A stretch of DNA of 64,000 nt from the NCBI RefSeq assembly GCF_006345805.1, contig NW_021832221.1, positions 248,797 to 312,796 on the forward strand, given 5' to 3'. How positions within the stretch are numbered: the stretch's first letter is position 1; every line of letters starts with the position of its first letter. Shown piece after piece: positions 36,929 through 49,108 of this stretch. This stretch comes from Octopus sinensis. Its lineage: Eukaryota. The translations under genes were made by a program, and so were the position numbers. The notes beneath the pieces were generated by a model. It saw only the letters and a program-made list of their open reading frames with translations, had not been told where the DNA came from and made no database searches.

Positions 36929-38950
36929 ATAATTTGCTTTATTTAACTGATTTAGAAATCAATATAATTAAATGTGATGAAGTTAGTTAGAGGACTTCCC
37001 CGCTTCGTAGATGGAGAAACAGTTTCCTCGTACGATGGCAAGGGAAATCCTCTGAAAAAGGATTGATGGAATTCCGGCAGCATTGAGACCCCTCAAGACA
37101 ACGTCATTTAAGGCTGTGTGGCGTGGTGCCCGCCCAGCACTGCGTCTGCAGGAAAGAGGGTGTAGTCCGTACTGGTCGATCATGGCCCCACAGCGGCACT
37201 TGTGAATTTCACAGATCTTCAAACCGAGACGCAGAGAAATAGCGACTCTGAGACAATCGCCGTCTAGTAGTGTCCCGATGTTCGGTAGGGAAAGGGCGTC
37301 AAGCCAGGCCCCACTGCCCGGACTGCAGCCCGCACGAAGACAGGCCAGCCTGTGCTGGTCGAAACTCTGAAGCAGGACAGAGGAGAGAGTGTCACAAGTG
37401 ATCGAATCCCACTGACCCTGGACGGATGGGTCGGCAGGTCTTTTGGTATACGCAGAATCCCAAAGGGCGAGAGCGGCCACGTGATCAACTGACATTTTTC
37501 GTTCGGGGAGGTTTCTGAGAACGATGTCAGTGAGGGCACGGGATGATGCCAGGGACAAGAGGAAGGCAGGAAGAGCCAGATAAACGGGCGAACGAAGGCC
37601 AATCCCCCCGAGATTAACAGGCAGGGAAGATTGAAGCCACCCCAGAGCGTCGAAATGGATGTTGCACAGATACTCGGCTCCAGACTTCAAGATAGAATCG
37701 ATATCGGATAACAGATTAGGCATGCGAAAACAAGGAGAACTCCTTAGGGTGTACAAAAGCCTCGGAGTTGAGAAATAGTTACGCAGAAGAAAGAACCCGA
37801 CGTGGGCATCAATGAGGGAAAGCCGTTCGATCATGTCTGACAGATTGCTTGGCTTGGCGATGAGCGTTTGTGAGAGGGCCTCGTGACCAATTGGCGAACC
37901 AAGGATTACAAGGTCCTTTGTTTCTGATACCCGCGCGCCTTTTAGAATATGTTCCAGGGCGTCCAGAGTTTCGGCAAAAAAATCGGAAGGAATGTTCAGA
38001 TTTAGGACTTCGGACTTGCTTGAGTTTATCTCCAGACCGATGGATGAAAGGGCCGGGATAATGCTCCGCAGGTCGTCTAAGACAGAGCGGGGAGGTCCAC
38101 AAATCGTCGCGTCGTCCAAGTACCAGATATTTACCGGAGAGCGGACAGAATGAGCGACGGAGTTGACACACATAGCAAATAGAAAAGGCCCCAGGGGATC
38201 TCCCTGTTGCACTCCGGTCGATGAGACGATAAAGGAATCGCCAAACAGGAGGAGGCTGGGTTGTGAGTACGAGAGGTGGACCAGAGGATAAGCGGAGGGG
38301 GCGAGAGAAAGGCAGGTCTCGAGCAAATGATCCCGTCTCACTGTGTTGAACGCATTTGATATGTCCAGTTTAACTAAAAGATATTCCAATGAAGAATCCA
38401 TAAGTTCTCTTACGGCATGGGCAGCCGATTCACACCCTCCACTGACGTCGTCGCCCAATTGGGCTGGCAAAAATTTCGGGACCAACTCGGGGATCACAAC
38501 GTGGCAAACGAGCTTTCCGGCCAATCTGCGGAAAACATTACCCACGGCGATCGGCCTGACCCCGTTATTTTTTTACCCAAAGCAGTGAGATTAGCCGAGA
38601 AGAAAATCGCCCGGGCAAAATCCGGTAAATTCCCACCGATAAGACGGTTACAGAGATTGGTGATAGATTCCAAGAGGAGACGGCCTGCCTCAGCAGTAAG
38701 AGGTGAAGTCAAGTCTTTAATGTGTCCGGGCTTCAGCCCATCTATACCCCCACTGCTGCTTGGGGAAAAACTTTTCAGTGCCTTCTCAACCTGTGAAGCG
38801 GTAACCAGCAGTTGCGGAAGGGCGGTCGTATCGACAGCGGGTTGGGTGCGGGAGTTTACTGGAGGACTGGGGTGCTTGGATCTCAAATTAGACAATGCGG
38901 AAGGAGATAGAGACAAAAGCCGGTTAGAGGAGGCAACAAGTCTGACAGTC
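36929..38950 (-). mobile_element. CRE-clade-like RLE non-LTR retrotransposon, 5'-truncated, endonuclease deleted, 10-bp TSD
   Basis: RT: RPIAVGNVFRRL, GGCESAAHAVR, KLDISNAFN, GVQQGDPLGPFLF, WYLDD; CCHC CRCG...HPLSC; TSD taattctaaa at 36919-36928 and 38951-38960; one frameshift in T7 run 38568-38574. Confidence 0.9.
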
Positions 38951-39549
38951 TAATTCTAAATATAAAAAAACTTCCTCCTTCTATACGACAAAAGTAAAGT
39001 TTGTAATTTTGTCCAAATAAAATGATTTTAAAACAAAACGGAAATAAGTTATGAGAGAAATATAACTTACTATTATTACCAAAAATTACTCTTTTCAATC
39101 TGGGGTGGTTACAAAATCAACACAATGAGCGTAAAATGCCCAATAAGGAATCTTATTATTATAGAACATTTCGTAGAACCACGAACAGAGTCATAGTCCC
39201 ACACATGCCACACACGATACGACTTTCTTAACCATAGTTATTTAACTTCCGCGGTTTTGAGCTTACCTGTAGAGTTTATCCAGTCAATACAGTTATTTTA
39301 GGTTTTTTCCGCGCGTATCTCATAGGGAAATTTTTCATGAAGAATCTTGAATCATATAAAACAGTTAAAACAATCTTGTTATCAAAATAAGTGAGGTCAG
39401 AAAAATAAAAACTGCATTAATAAAAAATCGGGATTATTGCGCAACTTAGTTGCACAATAGAATTGCGAAATAAAAATAATTATTGAGATTTATTGAAATG
39501 AAAAAACACACCATTGAAAATAAGAAATGAATAAACAAGTAAATTGAAT

Positions 39550-40254
39550 TTACTTTCTGGCAAATGTCGGTGTTTGAGGATCAGTTAGACTGGGAACACG
39601 CACACTCGGAAGCTATCGAAAATACAAATAACACAAACTTTAGCCTTCTGATACAACGACCTGGGAACAGGTCTGGCCTTGTAAACCGTGCTGGCACGGT
39701 CAACATTAGTGGACTCTACCACCACACGAGAATGATTTGGTCGCGACTCTATCTGTTTCAATTCGTCTGGGCGTTGTAAAATGCGTCGATTGATTGGGTT
39801 AGCCTTGAACTTTTTGCTGACTTTGTAGAACAACTAAGAACCTCGCCTCCTCCTCTTCCAGTTGCTTGGTGCTCTTCACGGGGTCCCGTCTTATTCGAGT
39901 AGAGAAATTGAATTCTTTTGGCACAGTCAAATCTGAACTGTGCTTAGTGCGGGAGTCTACACTGATTATAAACATTCCTACAATTTCTGAAGGAGAGGAC
40001 AAAGTCCTGGTTGCGCTGTGCATCCGATACAAATGTTTTATGTGTGTTTTGCTAATTTTAAATTTTGTTTTATTTTACTTTTGTGTTCTGTTCTCTATTT
40101 CCAGTGTTCAACTTCTTGAAAGAATTCCTGAATTATATATATTAATAGACTAACGATTTGCTAGAAGTCGAGAGATTGTCTTGAGACTCTTTGTTGTCTA
40201 AATATATGAGAAGAATTCACTACTCGTTCTCTTGTGCCTTTTCTCACTCAACAT
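39550..40254 (-). CDS. TPX2: Miniature TPX2-like microtubule-associated protein (about 185 aa, 6 introns)
   Basis: LTVPKEFNFSTRIR...VKSTKQLEEEEASKKFKANPINRRIL...VYKARPVP...SLTDPQTPTFARK*, matching the TPX2 central region (KST.ELE.EE...KFKAR.L..RIL...TVPKSPAF). Start codon uncertain. Confidence 0.7.
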
Positions 40255-40689
40255 CAAAATAAATCAACGCCGCCTTTTGATATTTTATTTAAAAATAATT
40301 AATTGATAAAATAGTTAAGTATGAGTAATAAATTTAATTTATTCCTTCATAATCCATATATCCAGTTTTTATGTTTCAGATAGTTCTTCATCAAACAAAT
40401 GCTACCGTTTTAAAGTAATATTAATTATACTGCAAAAGGTCGATAAAATTATTTCTAAACGATAGGAGAGGGAGGCTTTGGTTTTCCAGAGGATTTTAGT
40501 AAATTGCAGGTTTCAAAGCAAATCCGATTCTCTACTTGGAGAATAAATAGATTTTGTTAAAAAACTAGTTATCAAGAAATTTGTGTTATATATTAATTAT
40601 TTATTTATTGTGGGAAGCCAAAATATTGAAAATAATAAAATGTCAGTAGCCAAACAACAATTCCAGTAAATCAATTCTCCATTTTCAAA

Positions 40690-43600
40690 ATGAAGAAAGG
40701 GAATGAAAACATTGAGAATTTTTATAATAAATTAAACTATGAAATTAATAATCTCGAGAAACTTATCCAGGATGAAAGTTTTGAGTCACTGACAAAATCA
40801 ATTCCCAGGTAAGTACAAGTGCACCATAAATCCTTAGTTCTATCCTGAATCCTAAAAATGTAAATTATTACAAACTTGAAATTCAAAAATCCCTCGCAGA
40901 AACTCTTACAGTCTTAGATTATGTTGCTGAATTCTTAGATACCCTGCTCGAAAGGACCTATCCAAGCTAATGAAATTTTGAGAAAGGATCTTAAAGAACG
41001 GGAGAATCCTTTTTATACACCAGAATCTCTCCCCAGCATTTTGAATACAGTCATTTGCCGCAAATAATGTTGTTAGTTCTTTATGTCCCGCATTCATACT
41101 TTATCCCGTTGCAAGTATTTGCAGTTGATGAGATGGAAGAGAATATGCAACAATTCTAAAGTGACTGGGCAACATTACGACCAATTCAGTCTTTTTATTG
41201 AGTCATAAATACTTTGTAACTAAATAGATCTCTGATTGCGGAATATGACGGCGACCGTGACAGAATCTCAAAATACCAGAGAATGACAGAAAACCCTGAT
41301 TCCACTGAAGAAATCACGAACGTGGAAGATATACGAATATTATTATACGATCTAATTTTTAACTCAGTTGTTAAACGAAAGATTTCGCTTTATTGCCAAG
41401 TTTGATGTCACTATAAACGAATAGTTGATAAATAGGATCGACGTGACCTCGGAGACCCAAGATTTTACTCAACCAGGGTTTTTCTAATCTGGATTATATT
41501 GTAGAAATATTCAAAATGACCATTTCAAAGATATCAACTCTGACTATTTCCACAAAAATATCCAACTAATATTGCAAAAGAATAATTCTACTTTGGACAT
41601 AAATAACATTAACAGTGAAGCCGATGAACTTGAATTGTTATCTTGGGCAAATCAGATATTTAAGTCTGAGTTCATTTCGACTGGAAACCTTTTTAATTTC
41701 AAGTTGTACTCAATCAAAGAAGTTAGTTTTAATGTACTACAAAACATAGAATATAACACCGTGTGTAGAAAATACAATGATCAAACCATCCAGCTGGAGA
41801 TCACTTGTAAATATATTTCCCCGGGCAAATTACCGGAGTGCATATTTTGATGCAAAATTGAAGGACATGAAAAACTATGATCGATCACTAGAAATAGCAA
41901 GTCAGTTCATTTCCCATCACGATATAAAAGTAAGAAATTTTCCACATTCTAGCATGTCAAAAAAGCACTAACTAGACATTGTCATATTGCGAAAGACATT
42001 GCGAAATACTCAGAGATCAATGTTAATTCGAAAAGCCACTACAAAGAATTTTGGAAATTAATCTACGGTGATTTGGACGCTTCCGTTGAAGAAAAGTATT
42101 TTTTTATGTGAATACCATTAAAGTTGCGGTGATTCGGAAGATATGCATAAACTTCTTGGCATAATGACTAACTCACGTTCTCAGGCACAAGAAAGCGGTT
42201 TTTAATTTTCCAGCAAATATTTAGCCGACGATGAAGACTATTTTGGTACAGTCTCTAACCATGGGCTGTACCTTTCCTATCAACTTCTCAGATTTGTTGA
42301 GATCAAAAAACTTCAGCGAAAAGTTATATTGTATTTAAATATTTCAGTGTCTTGGGATTTTAAACTATTTCATGTCTGTAGAACGAATCATCACAATTTC
42401 AGACTCCTGTGTGGTCGTGGGTGAGGACAAAGTTCATAGTACATGGTTTGTAGTCACCGAGTGCTCATTTGTAGTACAACTGGCCGTAAAAATAATGAAC
42501 ACAGATTAGAAACATTTGATTACCTTTATGACTCGCCTCTTGACTACATGTGTTTTTAATAATAAACCGAATGAGTAGGGTACATGAAGTAGATTTTATG
42601 GAATTTTCTGACATCAAAAGTCACTTTGACTTTTATGTGGAACAGGATGGAGTTCTCCACACTGTTGATTCGCGTGGGATGTACGTAGTATACGACGAGG
42701 CAATCAAAATCAACAAGTATTGTAAATAACTCTAAAAATAAAGTGAACTCCAAAAAGAGCTTTTGTCAGTAGCTTCTTACTATTTGAGAAGAAAATATTC
42801 AATTCACAGAGACAGAAAAAATTCTGTATGTGTTTAAACATTATGCAGATGAGTCCTCATATCGTGGAAGAGTTCGAGAGAATTGACAGATTCGAGATTT
42901 TATACGATATTTGGCAGTGTGAATGGAAGTACTTACAAAGCAAATTGAAAGTTAAAAACGTTCGAGTATATGTTAGCTCGTCAATTTCTTCTTTGAAATC
43001 CTCCTCAACTCATTAGACAAAAAAGTTATTAACAAACTCAATCAAACGATAATTGACAAAATATATGAACGACCTCGTTTTGACGGAGAAGAAGAATATT
43101 TCAAACAAACTTACGATATAGAAGAAGAGTGCAACGAGAGGTATTATCAGTTGATGGTCGGGATTGGTCTTGATCTGGTTAGATGCTGAAATTAAAAGTA
43201 TTTAGGTAAAAGGACAAAGACGCTTTGACTCAATGTTCAAAAACTCAGCCAGTTTATTAGGAATCAACTCTAGATCAAGCGAATTTGAGGACGACCTTGT
43301 GTCAATAAATTATGGAAGGTAGTATTTATCCGTTTTTTCTGGCCCGCCATATGTCCATTTCATTTTTGTGAGTTTCAGGAGAGTTTAGCTGGGTTGTTGA
43401 ATGTGGAAGAATCGTTCTGCTTGTTAAAACTTGTAAAATGAATTGCCTATAAAATAGGATTTAGAAAAGCCCATTTCTAAAGATTCAATTCGTTTTCTAC
43501 AAGCACATATCAGTATAATAAAAGAAATGCAGTCACTGTGGAGTAACTGTGATTTATACGAAGGATCCATAACCAGCATTTCAACTAATGTTTACTTAAT

Positions 43601-46600
43601 TATTTATCTAGGTCTTTAACCCTATTCTTGACAATCCAATATTTGTCGGTAATTTTGCTGCTAAAATATTTAACGAAAAATCAAAAGAATGGTTAAGGTT
43701 AATTTGCAATCTATTAGAGGTTAGAGACTCTTTTTACCTCTAGGGAGTCAAAATCAGGGACAACTTAATAAAACTAATTCAAGAAAAATACGTGCTGATG
43801 AAAGTTTAGTTTACATTATTTTATCTTAGGATTACAAGGAAAACCTTCTGGCAAGTAAAATAGACGAATACCATCTCTACATGCGATACGTGCAGTTTGA
43901 TTACTACTCAGATGGTCAGAAAAACGGCGGAAAAGACGAGATTGACCAGTATTTGACTTAGCTTAATTTTGTAGATACATTCCCAAGAAGGTAGGTCTTT
44001 GCATTGAGGAAATCGACAACGTCCACCTAAACAGTTTCGACCTTACTACGGTCGAGGGAATAAAAAATGTATTTAGAAATATAAAATGTTTTAGTTAATT
44101 TTTACCTCGGATTTGGAGAATATGAGATCTGCCGAGTTGGTCGAGACAGTCAACTGCAATTTGCTATATGCCGCTCTATTATACATGAAGACTTTTTCCT
44201 CTAAAAGTGAAAAGAGAAAATCGTAAAAGTAAATTTGATATGAAATAGAATTTTTGGAATGTATGATGCTTTTTCTTCTAAAAATGGTAATGATAGCTCG
44301 CAGATGACTTCTTTCAAAATTAAAAATTTAAACCCATCAAGCAATATCTTTTACAAATTTCCAGAATTTATTTCAATTCAACTTCTAAAGGTTAGTTGTA
44401 AATAATTATAAACAAAATTAGAGACCCATAAGAGACAAAATGTTACAGGATTTTGCAATAAATTGCAAGCAAAAGGGGATCATTATGAGCAATGTCGAAG
44501 AATTGCAAAAGAATAAAAGGTATATCAAAAATACCGGATTTTAGGAATTTTGTTATCATTTTTTGCCGCTCGTTGCAGGAAAGAGTAGAGGAACTTCTCC
44601 TTAGATCAGGAATTTGCACATTTTATCAGGAAATTTATGAATTACTTGAAGACTTTGTGGCCATTAGGTTGATGTATTCTATTTTTATTTTAAAGAAATG
44701 GGTATTTTTCAACACATAGTGAGTCGGAAGACAACCAAAGTGAAGAAAATAACAAAATCTGGTTAAAATAAAATATTTATTCAGCAGGAATACAAGAGAA
44801 AATTCAGTAATTTCTCCCTGTGGAGATAAAATTGGGAATATATTTTATTTGCCAGATATTCCTGAAATATTAAATTTATATCAAAATAATCTAAAAAAGA
44901 AAGACTTGCTTGAGAAACATTTTCAATTGATTGGAAATCTTTATGGACTTGTGAGTTATCTGTGCATTCTGACAACATTCGAAAAACATTTATTCACTAA
45001 GTATAAGAATAGGAACGAAGTAAATTTTGCTACGTGGGGAGGGCAAACAGAAATCGGTAAATAGTTAAAAATGAATTTTTATAGGAAAAAATTTGCATGA
45101 ACTACAAAGATCAATCGACCAATTAAGGTTGGAAGAAAATTCCATCTCAAAAACAATCGAATTACTTTCCCTAAAGAGGAATATCATTTTCCTAACACTA
45201 AATACGTCCTTCAATCTCATTAAAGAAGATTTATCAGGAAATCAAGTTACAAATTCCGTTTTATATTTATAAATTGATTCAACAGATACTGGCCCAAAAA
45301 ATGGATATCATTAAATTTCGTCTAAGCGAATTTGAAGAAATCGTACCTTATTTTAAATGTAAGTTAGAATAAAATAACATGTAGGGGAATCAAAACAAAT
45401 CCTGAAAAACGTAGGACATCATACTTATTATCATTTGAAATGTCTTTTTTATGGATTCCAACGTATCTCGAGGTCTGTTATAGTTAGTTTTATACATTTA
45501 TTAGAGAAAAGTTGCATGGAGTCATCACAAGCGTGTTTATACTTCTTGATGAATTGCTTAAACATGGAAATACGATAGGAACATGTCTTAGTCTTTTTGA
45601 TGATAATCCCAAACTTGTTAAATCACTGACGTTGGAAGATCAAGAGTCATTCAGTGATCAGTTTTGGACAAACAATAGTCACAGTTTACTTAAAAAGCCC
45701 TGCGCTTTGGACAAAGTCGTTAATTCAATCGAAAGCCTTTATTTACAAAAGATTTTCCTTCTGATGGCTTTGAAACAGATGAAACTTAAAAAACGCTGGC
45801 TTTTTTACAAAAATGCGAGCATTGCAACATTCCTACCAGACGAGTAGATTTGAAAAAATTGTTAAAAATTAGGAATATTTACGAACGTGAAATAAGAGAA
45901 CCTATATTTACTCTCATCCCCACTTCTAAAAAAATCAATAACCACGGATTCTTCAGTTTTTATCCAAACCAAACCGCAGACAACATTTCGTCATTCGAAC
46001 TACTTTTTAAATCAAAAGAAGTATACATTAATAATAAAATTTCAAGATTTTAGTCTTATTGGAGAGGTTGGAGTGTCTGTGTGTAGAGGAAGTAACCAAA
46101 CGAATCCAAAAACAGTTCGTATTAGCATTAGCGGAAAAGCAGCGAAGCGAAGAGACTCTTCCAGTTGATTTATGGAGAAAGAAAGTTAAGCTGTAAATAT
46201 TTATACATTTAGGGCGTCGAAGAAACCCTAACACTGAATCGACCTAATATTATCGAGAAATTGTGCGAGAAAGTGTCATTAATAGCAAAGACCGATGAAA
46301 AGAATCAATTGATTATAAGCCAAAGTGAATTAACAAAAATTCTCCAAGATGCTAAAAGTCAAGTTTTTAAAAGAGAAAGAGAGAATTTTGAAAAGTAAGG
46401 ATATCTTTAAATATCTGTAAGTTATACAGCATACTACCAGACATTGTTGAATCATCACAACATTTTATTGCAGTCAAGAGAACAAGTTCTTATTTTATAA
46501 TCTTTTTACTATAAAGGAGATTAGCAAATTAAGATACAAACTAAATCTGAGAGAAGCTTCCTCTAAGACGGAAGCACTGCTCAGTCTTGCTACATTGACA

Positions 46601-47872
46601 CACTCTCAGATATTAGGTCTGTACTAATTGATTTAAAATAGAAAATAACTCTTTGAGGTTCCGAATTGACTATTTGGAGACAAAGCTCAAATCCACTCGA
46701 CAAATAGTGGAGAGTGAGTTTTCCGAACATTACGGAATGGCTGTGAATAGGCTTCTAAATGCATATAATAATCAATCTGCTGCTCTAAATATATATACGT
46801 GAGTTCTAATAGTTCATTATAGATTGGATTATGAAGAAGAAATACTCAAAAGTATCAAAGAATGTCGTTCAGAAGGGCTAAATAATATCATGAAAATGAA
46901 AGTACAGCCGAGTGGTTTGCTTTCATGAGCTAACAATTGCAGTCAGTTCTATAGAGGAACAGCCGACGGACAATATGGCAGTGGAGCTTGCTGATGGCAA
47001 AAAAACTGATGAGATTCTCCGGACTGTAAATAAGTGGATAGTTTTTTATAACGAACACAAAAAACAGAGAAAAGTAAAAGAAGAGGCTGTTTATTTAGAT
47101 GTTTGAATTGGAAAGAGAACTAAAAAAAATAAAAATGAGTCATCTTAAAGCACAAATGGTGAAAAATAACGAGGACGAATACTATCGAGGAATGTTTCAA
47201 TTGATGGAAGACAAATTAAAAATTGAAGAAAATAAAAACTACCATCTTTCCATGCAACTTGCTAAAAACGTATAGCGGTCAAAAATTGACTTTATTTCTA
47301 AAATTTAGGTCGAATTATTAGATTCAAAGACCAAAGAGGCGAAAATTCAAGCTGAGGGACTAAAACAGTTGGATGCATTAAAAAATCAAAATTACAAAAA
47401 TATGGTATTATTTATTCAGAATGATATTGTAGAAAGAAGAACTGATTGCGAAAGAGCAAGAACTTTCAGAAAGAAATCACGCAATTCAGGAAATGTCACA
47501 GCGATATCATTCAGAGATTTCAAATTATAAAAAGGAAGAAAAATTTGCAAAAGAACGGATTAAAAAGGAGTCTTCTCTTAAACTTCGTTCATTTAATGAA
47601 GTAAAACAACTAAAAGAACAAGTAATGACAAATTAATGTATAAAGATTTATGGTGTGGAAAATAGATCGGTTACATTCTGTTCTCTTCCCAGTAGAAACA
47701 ACACTCCAAGTTCAGGTGAAGTTACAAATATAATGAAACAGGATATGCAAGTCTGCGTTCAGTGTTGAAGCAGCCACAAAGCACTTTTCATGGATCGAAC
47801 GCATACTCTTTGAGAAGAGTGCAGAGTGCCAGATACGACTCGAGGAATAAGACTTTAAAGAAGATTGAATAA
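40690..47872 (+). CDS. CCDC162: CCDC162/DUF4549-like large coiled-coil protein, dozens of micro-introns
   Basis: Exon translations CKYLQLMRWKRIC; VHEVDFMEFSDIKSHF...HTVDSRGMYVVYDEA...ELQKELLSVASYYL; IDRFEILYDIWQCE; IYERPRFDGEEEYF, recalled as matching CCDC162 motifs. C-terminal coiled coil. Not fully parsed; ends approximate. Confidence 0.6.
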
Positions 47873-49108
47873 TGCAAAATTTAGAGTTCAATATTATACT
47901 TAAAAATAATAAAATAACAGTAAATAAATAATTGGATATTTTAATTTACCGAGATTTGGGATTACATGGTTTGGGATATTTTATTTTCTCACTTTTTTCT
48001 CATTCTCACCTTAATCCCTAAACATCGACAGGCAAAGTTCTTTGACAAGAGAATCAGGTCATATCGTTTGTTATCTATTTAATACAGATGGGATTATTTA
48101 GACTGTTGTTTGCTAGAATCTTAGTTTATCAGAATTTTATGTTCAAATATTCGAATATGTGGATTAATAATAATCAAACTAATTCTTCAACTTCTTCCTC
48201 AAATAATTTCCTATTCATCGAGATTTTGTCGGACACATGATGGAAAGTGTGGACTTTTTACCAAAAATTTTTATTTATCTTTGTCAAAAAATTTTATTTG
48301 TATTAATTTAAATTCGCATGTTTTAGGTTTTACATCGTTTGTGTTGGTGTGTGTTAAACTAGTTATCGTGATATAAAATTGCAACTTTTTATTATAATTT
48401 TGCTACATCATGATTATCTGTATTAAGAGGAACATGGGATACTGTTCTATCGATTTGCAGAAACAATTTTATTTGATATCAGTAGACCTATCCGATTTAG
48501 TCCTGTCTAACAACAGAGATCTCATAAACTAATTTATCCACTCCTCCCAGCAATTCGCAATTTCGAGAACCCATGATAAAGGCAATCCTGTGACGTTTTC
48601 TGTCCTTGAAAGTCACCGAATCCTCGATCTGGCGGGACCCTTTTTTAGTAATATTTTTCAGCATAATGGTTTTCTTCAATAAATTAGACCGCCGACATAT
48701 TTAAAGAACGATTGTATCCACATGTTCTCTTATTTTGAACGTTCATGGATTCTCAGTAAACTCTTTCAACATCAAAGTTTGAAAACATCCATTTTTAGTC
48801 GATCTGCATTTTTCAGTATTCATATTTCAGCGAAGTTAATAAACTGGATTTGTGGGACCGATCGGTCTCCCCCGCTTTTTACTTGCTGCTGGTTTCCTAA
48901 AAGATAGCGAAAGAGGGGATTAACTAATTGGATAAATGATAAAAAGATTGGAAAAGAAGATAATAATTGATAAAGATTGAATAAGAATGATTATAATATC
49001 CACAAGAATCAATCGCGAAAGTGCTATGTTGTTGTTGACAACCAATATAAAAGAACATGGACGGCAATACATTGATTATAAACTTATATTAAATGTACTG
49101 TTTCGTCA

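Noticed and set aside
38568-38574. T7/A7 run as a programmed -1 frameshift in the CRE element
   Set aside because: CRE elements use a single ORF and the run does not fit X XXY YYZ in the needed frame; a deletion or sequencing error is simpler.
39260-39272. cttacctg resembling the U1 snRNA 5' end
   Set aside because: It is the reverse complement of a splice-donor-like cag|gtaag; the rest of U1 is absent.
39435-39459. Near-perfect 25-nt palindrome tattgcgcaact-t-agttgcacaata
   Set aside because: Single occurrence with no associated feature.
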